A stretch of DNA of 32,000 bases, from NCBI RefSeq assembly GCF_008065095.1, contig NZ_CP042911.1, positions 3,000,001 through 3,032,000 of the forward strand. Direction: 5' to 3'. The notes beneath the pieces were generated by a model, which saw only the letters and a program-made list of their open reading frames with translations, was not told the origin of the DNA and did not search any database. The position numbers were made by a program, and so were the translations under genes. Source of the stretch: Gemmata obscuriglobus. Lineage in GTDB: Bacteria > Planctomycetota > Planctomycetia > Gemmatales > Gemmataceae. The stretch's first letter is position 1. The number at the start of each line of letters is the position of its first letter. Below are positions 22,863-32,000 of the stretch, piece by piece.

Positions 22863-24595
22863 GAGGTCACGCCACGGTTTGCAGTAGGCCTTGCGGTCCT
22901 CGGGGCACGGGATAGGAAAAGCGCGGGGCGATTTCGCCGCAACTCTCGTGCGGGGCGAGTCATGAGCACACCGCGTTTCACGGCCGAGGAACTCGACCGC
23001 CTTCGAGCACTGGCGGCGGAGTGGGGCAAAATCGTTTCCAAGCGGGCGTTCGGGGACGACGGGCCGGGATTGGACGTGGACTTCCGGACGATGGAGCAGA
23101 TCGCCACCGCGGCGGCACAAGGGCTCACCGAAGGTGCCCTCCAGCAGATGCTCCACCAGCAGGCCCGGAAGGTGCCCGAACAGGTTCCGTGTCCGGTGTG
23201 TGGCGAGCCGTGCCCGACCCGACCACACACCCGCACCCTGGCGGCCCAAGGGGCCACGGTTCAACAGGCCGAACGGATCGCCCATTGTCCCGCCTGCCGG
23301 CGGGACTTTTTCCCCCCTGCGGCTGGCCCTCGGGCTGGATGAGCACGGGTACAGTTCCTCGGTCGTTCAACGCATCGTCACGGCCGCCGCCCGGTTCTCC
23401 TCGTTCCGGGATGCCGCCGAGGCGGTGCGGATGACCGGGGTCACGATCAGCGACAACCAGGTGCGCCGACTGGCTCACGAGGTCGGGCACGAGTTGATCG
23501 CGCGGCGCGATCGGAAGGCGGTCGAGCACCGGCGCCGCCAGTTAGAGCCGCGGACCGCGGTGGTGCCCGTGGCCGTGGTGGTCGAGGTCGATGGGGGGCG
23601 CATCCGCACCCGCGCCGCGGGCGCCGGCCCGGGTGTTCACGAGGCCCAGAACAAGGAGGACAAGGTGGCGTGCCTGGCCACCCTGAGTGGCCCCACGTTC
23701 GCCACGGACCCGTGCCCCGAGCCGCCCGAGTCGTTCCGCTGCCCGCGCCGGGTGCGGCGCCTGGTGCAGCAGATGAAGGGCCCGGCGGGCGAGGTCGCGC
23801 CCCCGGAAACCGTGGACGAATCGACGCCCCCGGTGCCGGCCGGGGAACCCGAAGGGGCCGAGCGGTGGTCCCCGACGCGGTTGGTGCGGACGTGCGTGGC
23901 GAGCCTGGAGGGGAGTACCGCGTTCGGCCCGATGATGGCCGCCGAGGCCCAGGAGCGGCGCTTCTATGAGGCCCCGCGTCGGGCGTTCGTAGCCGACGGT
24001 CAGGCGTACAACTGGACCATCTGGCGCGGGTACTTTGGTGCGTTCGAGCCGATCGTGGATTTCCTGCACGCGGTGTGTTACGTGTTCTCGTCGGCCGCGG
24101 CCGTGAGCCCCGATGAGGCGTCGGGTTGGTCCCAATACGTGGCCTGGATGCGCGCGTGCTGGCAGGGTCGCGTTGGAGAAGTGCTCACCGAACTGGATCA
24201 GTGGCAGGCGCGGCTGGGTGAGCCCCCACCGGGTGAGGCGGCGACGGCCGAGGAGCGCCGGGACCCGCGCCGGGTGGTGGCGCACGCGCGGACCTACTTG
24301 GGGAACAATCGGGATCGCATGGCGTACCCGCGATACCGGCGCAACGGGCTACCGACGACGAGTAGCTTGGTCGAGTCACTGGTGGGCGAGATCAACGCCC
24401 GGGTGAAGAGCACACAGAAGCATTGGACCCGGCCCGACGGTGCCGAATCGATCCTGCAACTGCGGGCCGCCGTGCTGAGCCAAGACGACCGGCTCCCACG
24501 GTTCTTCGCCGAACGGCCGGGCTCCTCGTTCCGCAAACGAGATACACTCTGCCACAAATCAGAGGGTGCCACAGCACAAACCGTGGCGTGACCTC
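22863..24595 (+). mobile_element. ISKra4-like insertion sequence (1733 bp)
   Basis: Perfect 19-bp terminal IRs: GAGGTCACGCCACGGTTTG at 22863-22881 and its reverse complement at 24577-24595. A 9-bp TSD flanks them. There is a single transposase gene whose stop codon lies inside the IRR. Confidence 0.85.
22962..24591 (+). pseudogene. ISKra4-family transposase, frameshifted in a T5C6 homopolymer tract
   Basis: N-terminal part: ..CPVCGEPC..HCPACRRDFFPP. The protein continues in the +1 frame as LRLALGLDEHGYS.., and one fewer C at 23312-17 would fuse the two parts. Downstream motifs: VVEVDGGRIRTR, FVADGQAYNWTIW, IVDFLHAVCYV, YLGNNRDRMAYPRYRRNGLPTTSSLVESLVGEINARVK. Confidence 0.75.
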
Positions 24596-24604
24596 GTCAC
24601 GAGA
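24596..24604. repeat. Target-site duplication, right copy (GTCACGAGA)
   Basis: Identical to 22854-22862. Confidence 0.85.
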
Positions 24605-24863
24605 GCGGGCGCATCGTCAGCCATGTCTGCCCCCTGCGGGGAATTCGCGGGTTAACCCGATTCTGATGATTGTATCGATGGCTGAAAGCATCAGAAATGT
24701 GGCCACACGTACAGTATCACTGTGTGTGTGGCCCCTTCGTTGCCGTGCATCCGTGCGTCGCGCACTGTTTACTAAACACGAAATTGCTCCCAAACGAACG
24801 TTGCAACCTGCGTGGCCTCACCCAGAGGCGAGGTGACGCAGACGCGAACGCACTCGGCGAGAC

Positions 24864-25164
24864 TCACTCGACTGTCCACAGAATGACTGAGTCCTTGTCC
24901 TTCACGTATATGCGGTTCCCGATCGCGATCGGGTACGCGTACGTCGCGCTCGCCCCCACCTTATAACTCGCGAGTTTCTTGAACTCCTTGTCACTCGGCT
25001 CGAACACGGTGAGCTGTCCGTTGGGCGGAAGCGCGAGCAGCACCGCACCGGCGTCGACGATGTTGCCTTACCCGCGTCCACCGGGGAGTGGCTCGGTCCA
25101 GGAGGTTTTGCCCGTTTCGGAACTCACGCAAAAGAGGGCGTCCGACGAGGTGAGCCCGAAGCCA
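24864..25164 (-). pseudogene. 3' remnant of a PQQ-like beta-propeller gene (5'-truncated, in-frame TAA)
   Basis: The minus-strand translation is ..DGFGLTSSDALFCVSSETGKTSWTEPLPGGRG*GNIVDAGAVLLALPPNGQLTVFEPSDKEFKKLASYKVGASATYAYPIAIGNRIYVKDKDSVILWTVE*. Its architecture parallels the C-terminus of the intact propeller at 28835-30157. The TAA is at 25068-25070. Confidence 0.6.
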
Positions 25165-25568
25165 TCAACCCGCGCACGATCGCAACGCTCGGCGAAATCG
25201 GGGTCCAGATCGAGCCGACGGGAAAGCACGCGCCGCGCGGGAAGAAAGGGGCCGCGAACCCCGTCTACAGCGTGAGGTGGGGCAAGGGGCTCAAGACCCG
25301 GGAGTTCTCGAAGGTGTACTCCGATCCGCACAACCCGCAGCGCGATTGCGCCGCGATCCTCGTGTGTAGTGAGGCCGACACGGCGTGCCCGAAGGTGACC
25401 GGCGCCGCTGCCCGCATTCCGCTCCCGTACCTCGATCCAAAGCTGTTCGACGGTGCACCGTTCGAGTCCGCAAAGTACGCCGAGCGGCGCGACGACATCG
25501 GCCGCCTGATGCTCAGCGTGTTCATGCAGCTGCGAAGGCACTTGGAGGTGGGATCCGGCGGAAAATGA
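25152..25568 (+). pseudogene. 3' remnant of a low-molecular-weight phosphatase / ArsC-like gene lacking the CX5R P-loop
   Basis: In-frame translation: EPEAINPRTIATLAEIGVQIEPTGK...AAILVCSEADTACPKVTGAAARIPLPYLDP...AKYAERRDDIGRLMLSVF. No N-terminal CxxxxxR segment or start codon precedes it. Confidence 0.5.
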
Positions 25569-25755
25569 GTTCTCGCTTTGGGTTGGCCCCGTTCATCTCA
25601 TTTGTCAGCCAACAACGCACATCCTTCGACCACCGGCTACCTTCCAACGCCCCGTCATCCGCACCTCGCGCCGGAAGCCCCTACGAACCGATTCTTTTTC
25701 AACCCGCATTGCCCCCGCTTCGGCCGAGCCGTGGAATAAAAGCAGCCGAGTACTA

Positions 25756-25786
25756 TTGACACGAATACACGACTTCGTGTATTCGT
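25756..25786 (+). promoter_or_regulatory. Putative ars promoter -35 (TTGACA) overlapping a perfect 12-2-12 palindromic operator
   Basis: TTGACA at 25756-25761. ACGAATACACGA-CT-TCGTGTATTCGT at 25761-25786. It ends 17 nt upstream of the arsR ATG, which has the RBS GGGAGAG. Confidence 0.7.
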
Positions 25787-25803
25787 TAATCAGGGAGAGC
25801 GCG

Positions 25804-26226
25804 ATGAGCACCAAGAAGACCGCAAAAGTTCCGGAGCCGAAGGCTGACGAGTGCTGCGACACCCGACCGGAGCTGAAGGACCGGCCGCTGTTGTCGTTCG
25901 TCGAGGCGGTCAAGGTGATGGCGCTTTTTAAGGTGCTCGCCAACGACACCCGGCTCCGGCTCTTGCACCACATCGTGCGGAGCGGAGAGGCGACGGTGAC
26001 GGACCTGGCGAAGACGCTCGGCATGAAGCCGCAAGCGGTTTCGAACCAGCTCACGCGGCTCTCGGATACGGGCATGATCCTGTCGCGCCGCGACGGGAAC
26101 AACGTGTACTACCGGGTCGTGAACGTGTGCGTGGGACCGCTCCTGGATCTGGCCCTCTGTTTGATGGAAGACCCGGGAGCGAACTGCGCGGTGGAGAAGG
26201 ATAACGATGAGCAAGACGATAACTGA
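25804..26226 (+). CDS. arsR: ArsR/SmtB-family metalloregulator
   Basis: Winged-helix core [64 protein letters not shown]. It is the first gene of the ars cluster. Confidence 0.85.
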   Translation: MSTKKTAKVPEPKADECCDTRPELKDRPLLSFVEAVKVMALFKVLANDTRLRLLHHIVRSGEATVTDLAKTLGMKPQAVSNQLTRLSDTGMILSRRDGNNVYYRVVNVCVGPLLDLALCLMEDPGANCAVEKDNDEQDDN

Positions 26227-27067
26227 TGCGGTACGGGACAAATACGCGGCGGTCGCAGCAAGCGACTTGAGCGGGACGCACAGTGGTGTCCACGCCGTGG
26301 CCGAGGCGTTCGGGTATTCGGCCGAGGAGCTCGCGAGCATCCCGGCGCAAGCCAACATGGGGCTGTCCTGCGGCAACCCGACCGCGACAGCGAACCTGCG
26401 CCCGGGTGAGGTCGTTGTTGATCTCGGCTCCGGCGGCGGGCTCGACGTGTTCCTCGCTTCGAAGAAGGTCGGGCCGACCGGGCGTGCGATCGGGATCGAC
26501 ATGACCCCGGAGATGGTCGCGCGTGCGACCACTAACGCGCAGCGACAGGGCTTTTCGAACGTCGAGTTTCACCTGTCAACGATCAACCAGATGCCGCTCG
26601 ACAGCGACTCGGCCGACTGCGTCATCTCGAACTGTGTGATCAACCTGGTTCCGGACAAGGCGGCCGTGTTCCGCGAAATCTTTCGAGTCCTCAAGCCCGG
26701 CGGGCGCGTGGCGATCTCGGACATCGCCCTGAAAAAACAACTGCCGCCCGAGGTCGGAAACGATCTGATGGCGTACATCGGGTGCGTGGCGGGGGCCATT
26801 CCGGTTGAGGAGTACGAGAGCGGTCTCAAAGCGGCCGGGTTCTCTACCGTTCAGATCGTGGACACGAAAAAAGACCTGAACGCGTACGCGAAGGTGGAAG
26901 GGCAGGCGGCGTGCTGCTCCCCGGCGATGGACGAGGCGACGTCGTCCTGCTGCACCCCGCAGGCCCAGGGCACGGCGAGTGTGCACGGCGGCCTCTCGCA
27001 CCTCACCGCCAAGTACGACATTAACGAGTTCGCAGCCAGCGTTCAGGTGTACGCGGTCAAGTCGTAG
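26207..27067 (+). CDS. arsM: Arsenite S-adenosylmethionine methyltransferase
   Basis: [20 protein letters not shown] (SAM motif I), [44 protein letters not shown]. It overlaps arsR by 20 nt. Confidence 0.85.
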   Translation: MSKTITDAVRDKYAAVAASDLSGTHSGVHAVAEAFGYSAEELASIPAQANMGLSCGNPTATANLRPGEVVVDLGSGGGLDVFLASKKVGPTGRAIGIDMTPEMVARATTNAQRQGFSNVEFHLSTINQMPLDSDSADCVISNCVINLVPDKAAVFREIFRVLKPGGRVAISDIALKKQLPPEVGNDLMAYIGCVAGAIPVEEYESGLKAAGFSTVQIVDTKKDLNAYAKVEGQAACCSPAMDEATSSCCTPQAQGTASVHGGLSHLTAKYDINEFAASVQVYAVKS

Positions 27068-27172
27068 CGGTACTCGCGCCATCGAATCACTGTGGTCCGC
27101 ACGAACACGTGCCCGTGTGGCGCGATAGGAGCGTGCGCGCGAAACCAAGCATATTTTCAGGGAGACAGACAC

Positions 27173-27598
27173 ATGGGTGAGGGGAAGAAGCGGGTGCTGT
27201 TCGTCTGCGTGGAGAACGCCAACCGGAGCCAGATGGCGGAAGCGTTCGCGCGGATCCACGGCGGCGACGCTGTGGAAGCGTTCTCGGCGGGGAGCCGCCC
27301 TTCGGGGAAGGTGAACCCGCGCGCGATCCAGTTCATGAAAGAGCGCGGGTACGATCTCGCCGCGCACGGCTCAAAGGCGCTCGACGAGTTCAACGGACGG
27401 GCCATTGATGTGGCCGTGACGATGGGCTGCGGGGACGCGTGCCCCTTGGTCCTGGCTGACCGGCGCGAGGAGTGGCAGATCCCGGACCCGAAGGAGCTCC
27501 CAGATGACGAGTTCCGCAACATCCGCGACCTCATCGAGGGCAAGGTCAAAACGATGCTCGAGGCGCTCGGTGTGCCGATAAAGGGAGGTGCGGCATGA
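27173..27598 (+). CDS. arsC: Arsenate reductase, low-molecular-weight phosphatase family
   Basis: P-loop VLFVCVENANRSQMAE (CX5R), SAGSRPSGKVNPRAIQFMKERGYDL, VTMGCGDACP. ATG at 27173. The stop overlaps the acr3 ATG (ATGA). Confidence 0.8.
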   Translation: MGEGKKRVLFVCVENANRSQMAEAFARIHGGDAVEAFSAGSRPSGKVNPRAIQFMKERGYDLAAHGSKALDEFNGRAIDVAVTMGCGDACPLVLADRREEWQIPDPKELPDDEFRNIRDLIEGKVKTMLEALGVPIKGGAA

Positions 27599-28689
27599 GC
27601 GCAAGTGCGACACAGACGCCGCCCGAGACGGCGGCCCCGAAACGGATGAGCGTTTTCGAACGGTACCTGACGGTGTGGGTCGCGCTCTGCATGGCGCTCG
27701 GCGTGGCTATTGGGCGAACGCTCCCGGGGGCCACGCACGCGCTTCGCGGCCTCGAGTTCGGCTCCGGCAGCCCGATCAATGTGCCCATCGCACTGCTCAT
27801 CTGGTTGATGATCGTGCCGATGATGATGAAGATCGATTTCGCGGCCGTCGCGGGCGTCACCCGCCGCCCAAAGGGGCTCGCGGTAACACTGCTCGTGAAC
27901 TGGCTGGTCAAGCCGTTCGGCATGTTCGCGCTCGGGTGGGTGTTCTTCCAGGGCCTGTTCTTGCCGCTCATCGGAGATGAACTCGCGCGGCAGTACACGG
28001 CGGGCGTGGTCATCCTCGCGGCCGCCCCGTGCACGGCGATGGTGTTCGTGTGGAGCTACCTCACCGACGGGGACCCGGCGTACACGCTCGTGCAGGTCGC
28101 GGTCAACGACCTCATCATGCTGGTGCTGTTCGCGCCGATCGTGGGCTTCCTGGTCGGTGTTGCTGGGCTCGCGGTCCCCTTTAACGTCATCCTGCTCTCG
28201 GTGGGCGTGTTCATCGTTGTGCCGCTGACCGTTGGGGTGCTGCTTCGCACGGTGCTCGTACGTGCAAAAGGACGGCACTGGTTCGAGCACGGCTTTTTGC
28301 CGAGGTTCCAGCCGGCCGCGATCGGTGCGCTGCTCGGAACGCTCGTGCTCATCTTCGCGTTCCAGGCGGACAACATCCTGTCGAACCCGCTGCACGTCGC
28401 GCTCATCGCGGTCCCGATCCTGATCCAGGTCTACTTCAACGCTTCGCTGACCTTTGGGCTGATGTGGCTCGTGCGGGTGCCCCACAACGTTGCGGCACCG
28501 GGGGCTCTCATCGGGTCGAGTAACTTCTTCGAGCTGGCCGTGGCCACCGCGATCGCCTTGTACGGCCCCGAATCGGGAGCCGCGCTTGCGACCGTCGTGG
28601 GCGTACTGGTGGAAGTGCCGGTGATGCTCAACGTGTGTGCGATGTGCAACCGGAGCCGCAGCTGGTTCGATTCGAGAAGTATCGCCTGA
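27595..28689 (+). CDS. acr3: ACR3-family arsenite efflux permease
   Basis: MSVFERYLTVWVALCMALGVAIG..., LIWLMIVPMMMKIDF, ILAAAPCTAMVFVWSYLT, SNFFELAVA. These are classic ACR3 motifs. Confidence 0.9.
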   Translation: MSASATQTPPETAAPKRMSVFERYLTVWVALCMALGVAIGRTLPGATHALRGLEFGSGSPINVPIALLIWLMIVPMMMKIDFAAVAGVTRRPKGLAVTLLVNWLVKPFGMFALGWVFFQGLFLPLIGDELARQYTAGVVILAAAPCTAMVFVWSYLTDGDPAYTLVQVAVNDLIMLVLFAPIVGFLVGVAGLAVPFNVILLSVGVFIVVPLTVGVLLRTVLVRAKGRHWFEHGFLPRFQPAAIGALLGTLVLIFAFQADNILSNPLHVALIAVPILIQVYFNASLTFGLMWLVRVPHNVAAPGALIGSSNFFELAVATAIALYGPESGAALATVVGVLVEVPVMLNVCAMCNRSRSWFDSRSIA

Positions 28690-28834
28690 CAACTATTCGA
28701 GAAACGACGGCTGCGACGGAAATCGACGTCTCGCCCGAGGCGCAGATTTCACCGCGACTCGCTAACAATAAGCTCTGACCCCGTCCGGCGCGAGCGGCCA
28801 AGGTGCTCCCGTCGAACCCGTCACGGAGATCGCA

Positions 28835-30157
28835 ATGAATCTGCGCACCCTGTTCGTCGCGGCGTCCGCTGCGCTCGGCACCGCCTCACTCGCGAGCGGC
28901 GACGACTGGCCCCAGTGGATGGGACCCAAGCGCGACAACGTGTGGCGCGAAACGGGCATCCTCGAGAAGTTCCCAGCGGGCGGGCCGAAGGTCGTTTGGC
29001 GCGCTCCCGTCGCCGCCGGGTACAGCGGCCCGGCCGTCGCGAACGGCAAGGTGTACGTTACCGACCGCGAACTCGCGAAGGGGGCCGCGAACCCGGCCGA
29101 CCCGTTCGACACGGAGAAAAAGGTCGCCAGCACCGAGCGGGTGCTGTGCCTCGACGAAAAGACCGGCAAGGAACTGTGGAAACACGAGTACCCGTGTGCG
29201 TACCAGATCAGCTACCCCGCCGGTCCCCGGTGCACGCCGCTGGTGAGCGACGGGAAGGTGTACGCGCTCGGCGCGATGGGCGACCTCCGCTGTCTCGAAG
29301 CAGACTCCGGCAAGCTCGTGTGGCAGGTCGACTTCAAAGAGGCATACAAGGCCAAGCCCGCGATCTGGGGCTACGCCGCGCACCCGATCCTCGACGGCAA
29401 GAAGCTGATCACGGTGGTGGGCGGTGAGGGCGCCCACGTCGTCGCGTTCGACAAGGACACGGGTAAGGAACTGTGGAAGGCCGGCGACGACAAAGAGATC
29501 GGGTACGCCCCGCCGCTGATCACCGAGGCCGCCGGTGTGCGGCAGATGATCGTTGCGGCGCCCAAGTCCGTTTACGCGGTCGACCCGGACACCGGCAAAC
29601 AGTTGTGGACCACGCCGTACAACGCGACCAGCACCTCCATCATCATGACCCCGGTGCGAAGCGGCGAGTACGTGTACGTGGGCGGCTACTCGACCAAAAA
29701 CCTGATGCTCGAGTTGAACGCGGACAAGCCCGGCGTCGAGGTGCTGTTCAAAGACAAGAAGGGCTCGGGGCTCTCGCCGGTGAACGTGCAGCCGTTCGTG
29801 CAGGACGGCATCATCTACGGGCACGACGAGGGCGGGGCGCTCAGGGCCGTTGAAATTCCCAGTGGGAAGCGCCTCTGGGACTCCCCCGGTCCGCTCGCCG
29901 GTGACCCCAAGGGGTCCGACACGTCGTTCATCGTGAAGAACGGCGACCGATTCTTCTTCTTCAACGAGAGTGGGGAGTTGGTGATCGGGAAGCTCACCGC
30001 AAAAGAGTACGAAGAAGTTGACCGCGCAAAGGTGATCGAGCAAACCGGTGCCGCGTTCGGTCGCAAGGTCGTCTGGTGTGCCCCGGCCTATGCCGACAAG
30101 AAGATGTTCGTCCGCAACGATAAGGAAATCATCTGCGTGGACCTCGCGGCGAAATAG
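28835..30157 (+). CDS. Secreted PQQ-like (BamB-type) beta-propeller repeat protein
   Basis: Signal peptide MNLRTLFVAASAALGTASLASG, then DDWPQWMGPKRDN and repeated G.VY..d..G.L.CLd..tGK.lW units. Confidence 0.8.
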   Translation: MNLRTLFVAASAALGTASLASGDDWPQWMGPKRDNVWRETGILEKFPAGGPKVVWRAPVAAGYSGPAVANGKVYVTDRELAKGAANPADPFDTEKKVASTERVLCLDEKTGKELWKHEYPCAYQISYPAGPRCTPLVSDGKVYALGAMGDLRCLEADSGKLVWQVDFKEAYKAKPAIWGYAAHPILDGKKLITVVGGEGAHVVAFDKDTGKELWKAGDDKEIGYAPPLITEAAGVRQMIVAAPKSVYAVDPDTGKQLWTTPYNATSTSIIMTPVRSGEYVYVGGYSTKNLMLELNADKPGVEVLFKDKKGSGLSPVNVQPFVQDGIIYGHDEGGALRAVEIPSGKRLWDSPGPLAGDPKGSDTSFIVKNGDRFFFFNESGELVIGKLTAKEYEEVDRAKVIEQTGAAFGRKVVWCAPAYADKKMFVRNDKEIICVDLAAK

Positions 30158-30197
30158 TTTCGGCCGCGCTCGTGGAGCTACTGAGAATGTCGAACGG

Positions 30198-30225
30198 CGG
30201 GCGGGCATCGAGCCCGCCCGTTTTT
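30198..30225 (+). terminator. Rho-independent terminator
   Basis: CGGGCGGGC-atcga-GCCCGCCCG (9-bp perfect GC stem) followed by TTTTT, 40 nt after the propeller stop. Confidence 0.85.
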
Positions 30226-30293
30226 AATTGACCAGCGGACGCGCTGACCTTTTCGAAGCTCGGCACGGAATGAAGTCTCGCATGTTAAGCGAG

Positions 30294-31002
<709 letters not shown>

Positions 31003-31090
31003 ATAAGTAGCGGTTATACAAAATGCAACACATTTCGCTACACGACCCCGGCCGATCCGCAGCGCTGAGGCCTCTAGGGCCACCACTTTT

Positions 31091-31123
31091 TAACCTCCGA
31101 TAATAGATGCTTATCGGAGGTTA
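31091..31123. other. Perfect 13-bp stem / 7-nt loop hairpin in an AT-richer intergenic region
   Basis: TAACCTCCGATAA-tagatgc-TTATCGGAGGTTA. The T-run precedes rather than follows it on the plus strand, and an A-run follows it on the minus strand. Confidence 0.6.
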
Positions 31124-31214
31124 GGGGACTTCGAGCGACTCTTAAGCTCGAAAAAGCAGTGTCATTTAAAAGGGATGGTTACGCGAATCGAAACAAACGC
31201 CGTTCCATTTTTAG

Positions 31215-32000
31215 TCATGAAATCGTCGTTTCGGTCAACGTTTCTACTCGTACCGACGTGACATTTTTGATTGGCGTGTACAGATCTGCTTCCACATTTT
31301 CCGTCAGTAGGGTTACGACGAGACTGTATTGCGCCTTCTGAAGCAGCCGCCCGAGATGGGCCCGTTCGCGCCACCAGCCCGTCACTGGATAAATGGCTAT
31401 CGAGCCACACGCGGCGAGTTCGGCCGCTGAGCCTTCCCACCAATCACTGTGAACCGAACCGTGGGTTCGGCCCTTGTCGCCGACGACCCAGTTGCGCGTT
31501 TCCGACTGCGACTTCGGCCTCACCTTCTCGTCTTCCCACTGTGTCTTCGAAATGCGCTGTTTGAATTCCGCAACGCTCTCGAGTGGCCGAATGACGTCAA
31601 AGCGTAACCCGTGTGATGCGTACCGGTGATTGGCTCCCCACCCGACACTGCCCGGGCTCGGCTCCACAAAATAAGACAATGTCACGCGCATGGTAACGGG
31701 CACTTCCCCGAGCTTTTCCAGCTCTTCTCGCGGCCACGGCAGCGCGTGAAGGTGCATCTCGTTTGTCGCGGGCTTCTTCTTCTCCGAATCGAACTTAAAC
31801 GGCTGAAGTGCCCCTTCGTGTATCAGCGTGGCGCAATTTTTCAGACTGTACACCGCCCGGTCGAGGTCCGGAACGCCGTACCCGTAGCAGCGAAGACATC
31901 TTTGGACGTTGGCCTTGTTTTCGAGGCCGAAGCGCCCGGTCATCGCACGGGTCCATTGGGCCGAGTGAACCAACAGGGCGCGGACGGTTTCGGGGCGCAG
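31215..32000 (-). CDS. S8-family (subtilisin-like) serine peptidase, C-terminal part; 5' end outside the window
   Basis: The frame is open to the right edge (LRPETVRALLVHSAQWTRAM...). The ETxRALLVHSAxWT segment and the following RVTLSYFVEPSPG / RYASHGLRFDV region match, from memory, the C-terminal module of bacterial S8 peptidases that usually sit next to an AAA ATPase. Confidence 0.5.
   Translation of the reverse strand: MRPETVRALLVHSAQWTRAMTGRFGLENKANVQRCLRCYGYGVPDLDRAVYSLKNCATLIHEGALQPFKFDSEKKKPATNEMHLHALPWPREELEKLGEVPVTMRVTLSYFVEPSPGSVGWGANHRYASHGLRFDVIRPLESVAEFKQRISKTQWEDEKVRPKSQSETRNWVVGDKGRTHGSVHSDWWEGSAAELAACGSIAIYPVTGWWRERAHLGRLLQKAQYSLVVTLLTENVEADLYTPIKNVTSVRVETLTETTIS

Noticed and set aside
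22808-23257. 150-aa N-terminal extension of the kinase ORF (track ORF 21479-23257).
   Set aside because: The extension runs through the IS terminal repeat into the antisense strand of the transposase and is compositionally junk. The ATG at 22807 gives a sensible protein.
31091-31123. Hairpin considered as a Rho-independent terminator for the S8 peptidase or for the TA operon.
   Set aside because: No U-tract follows the stem in either transcriptional orientation. It is kept only as an unexplained structure.

Overview
GC-rich bacterial window. The protein families suggest a Planctomycetota/Gemmata-like genome, but that is inference only. It is a mosaic accessory region with little core metabolism.

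Left to right:
(1) A slicer-dead prokaryotic Argonaute, whose frame is open to the left window edge. It is translationally coupled (GTGA overlap) to a downstream gene with an unknown N-terminal domain and a C-terminal TIR/SEFIR-like domain.
(2) A DMT transporter, a two-ORF membrane-anchored Cas4-like nuclease, an MDR oxidoreductase, a Cre-like tyrosine recombinase and a small membrane protein.
(3) A single-ORF IS66-family transposase gene split into two halves (7765-8029 and 18566-19676) by a 10.5-kb insertion. The insertion has 31-bp terminal inverted repeats and a perfect 8-bp target duplication (TGTACAGG).
(4) That insertion is a decayed IS66 tnpA-tnpB-tnpC core plus about 8 kb of cargo. 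The cargo is a DMT transporter, a PvcA/DIT1-like protein, an atypical ECF-like sigma factor, two unknown proteins and a large CHAT (caspase-like) protease.
(5) A roughly 280-bp IR-bounded MITE-like element.
(6) A tightly coupled Ser/Thr kinase plus SAMHD1-like HD phosphohydrolase operon. Its upstream region is interrupted by a cleanly bounded ISKra4-like IS (19-bp perfect IRs, 9-bp TSD, frameshifted transposase).
(7) Abutting gene remnants: a PQQ-propeller fragment and a low-molecular-weight phosphatase fragment.
(8) An arsR-arsM-arsC-acr3 operon with a perfect 12-2-12 operator palindrome.
(9) A secreted PQQ-like beta-propeller with an intrinsic terminator, a Phd/YefM-VapC toxin-antitoxin pair, and the 3' part of an S8 peptidase running off the right edge.

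No rRNA, tRNA or CRISPR array was seen.

Best candidates for undescribed systems: the pAgo plus downstream TIR-like pair, the IS-borne sigma/CHAT protease module, and the kinase-HD dNTPase-like operon.

Many long ORFs in the track are antisense shadows typical of high-GC DNA and are not called.
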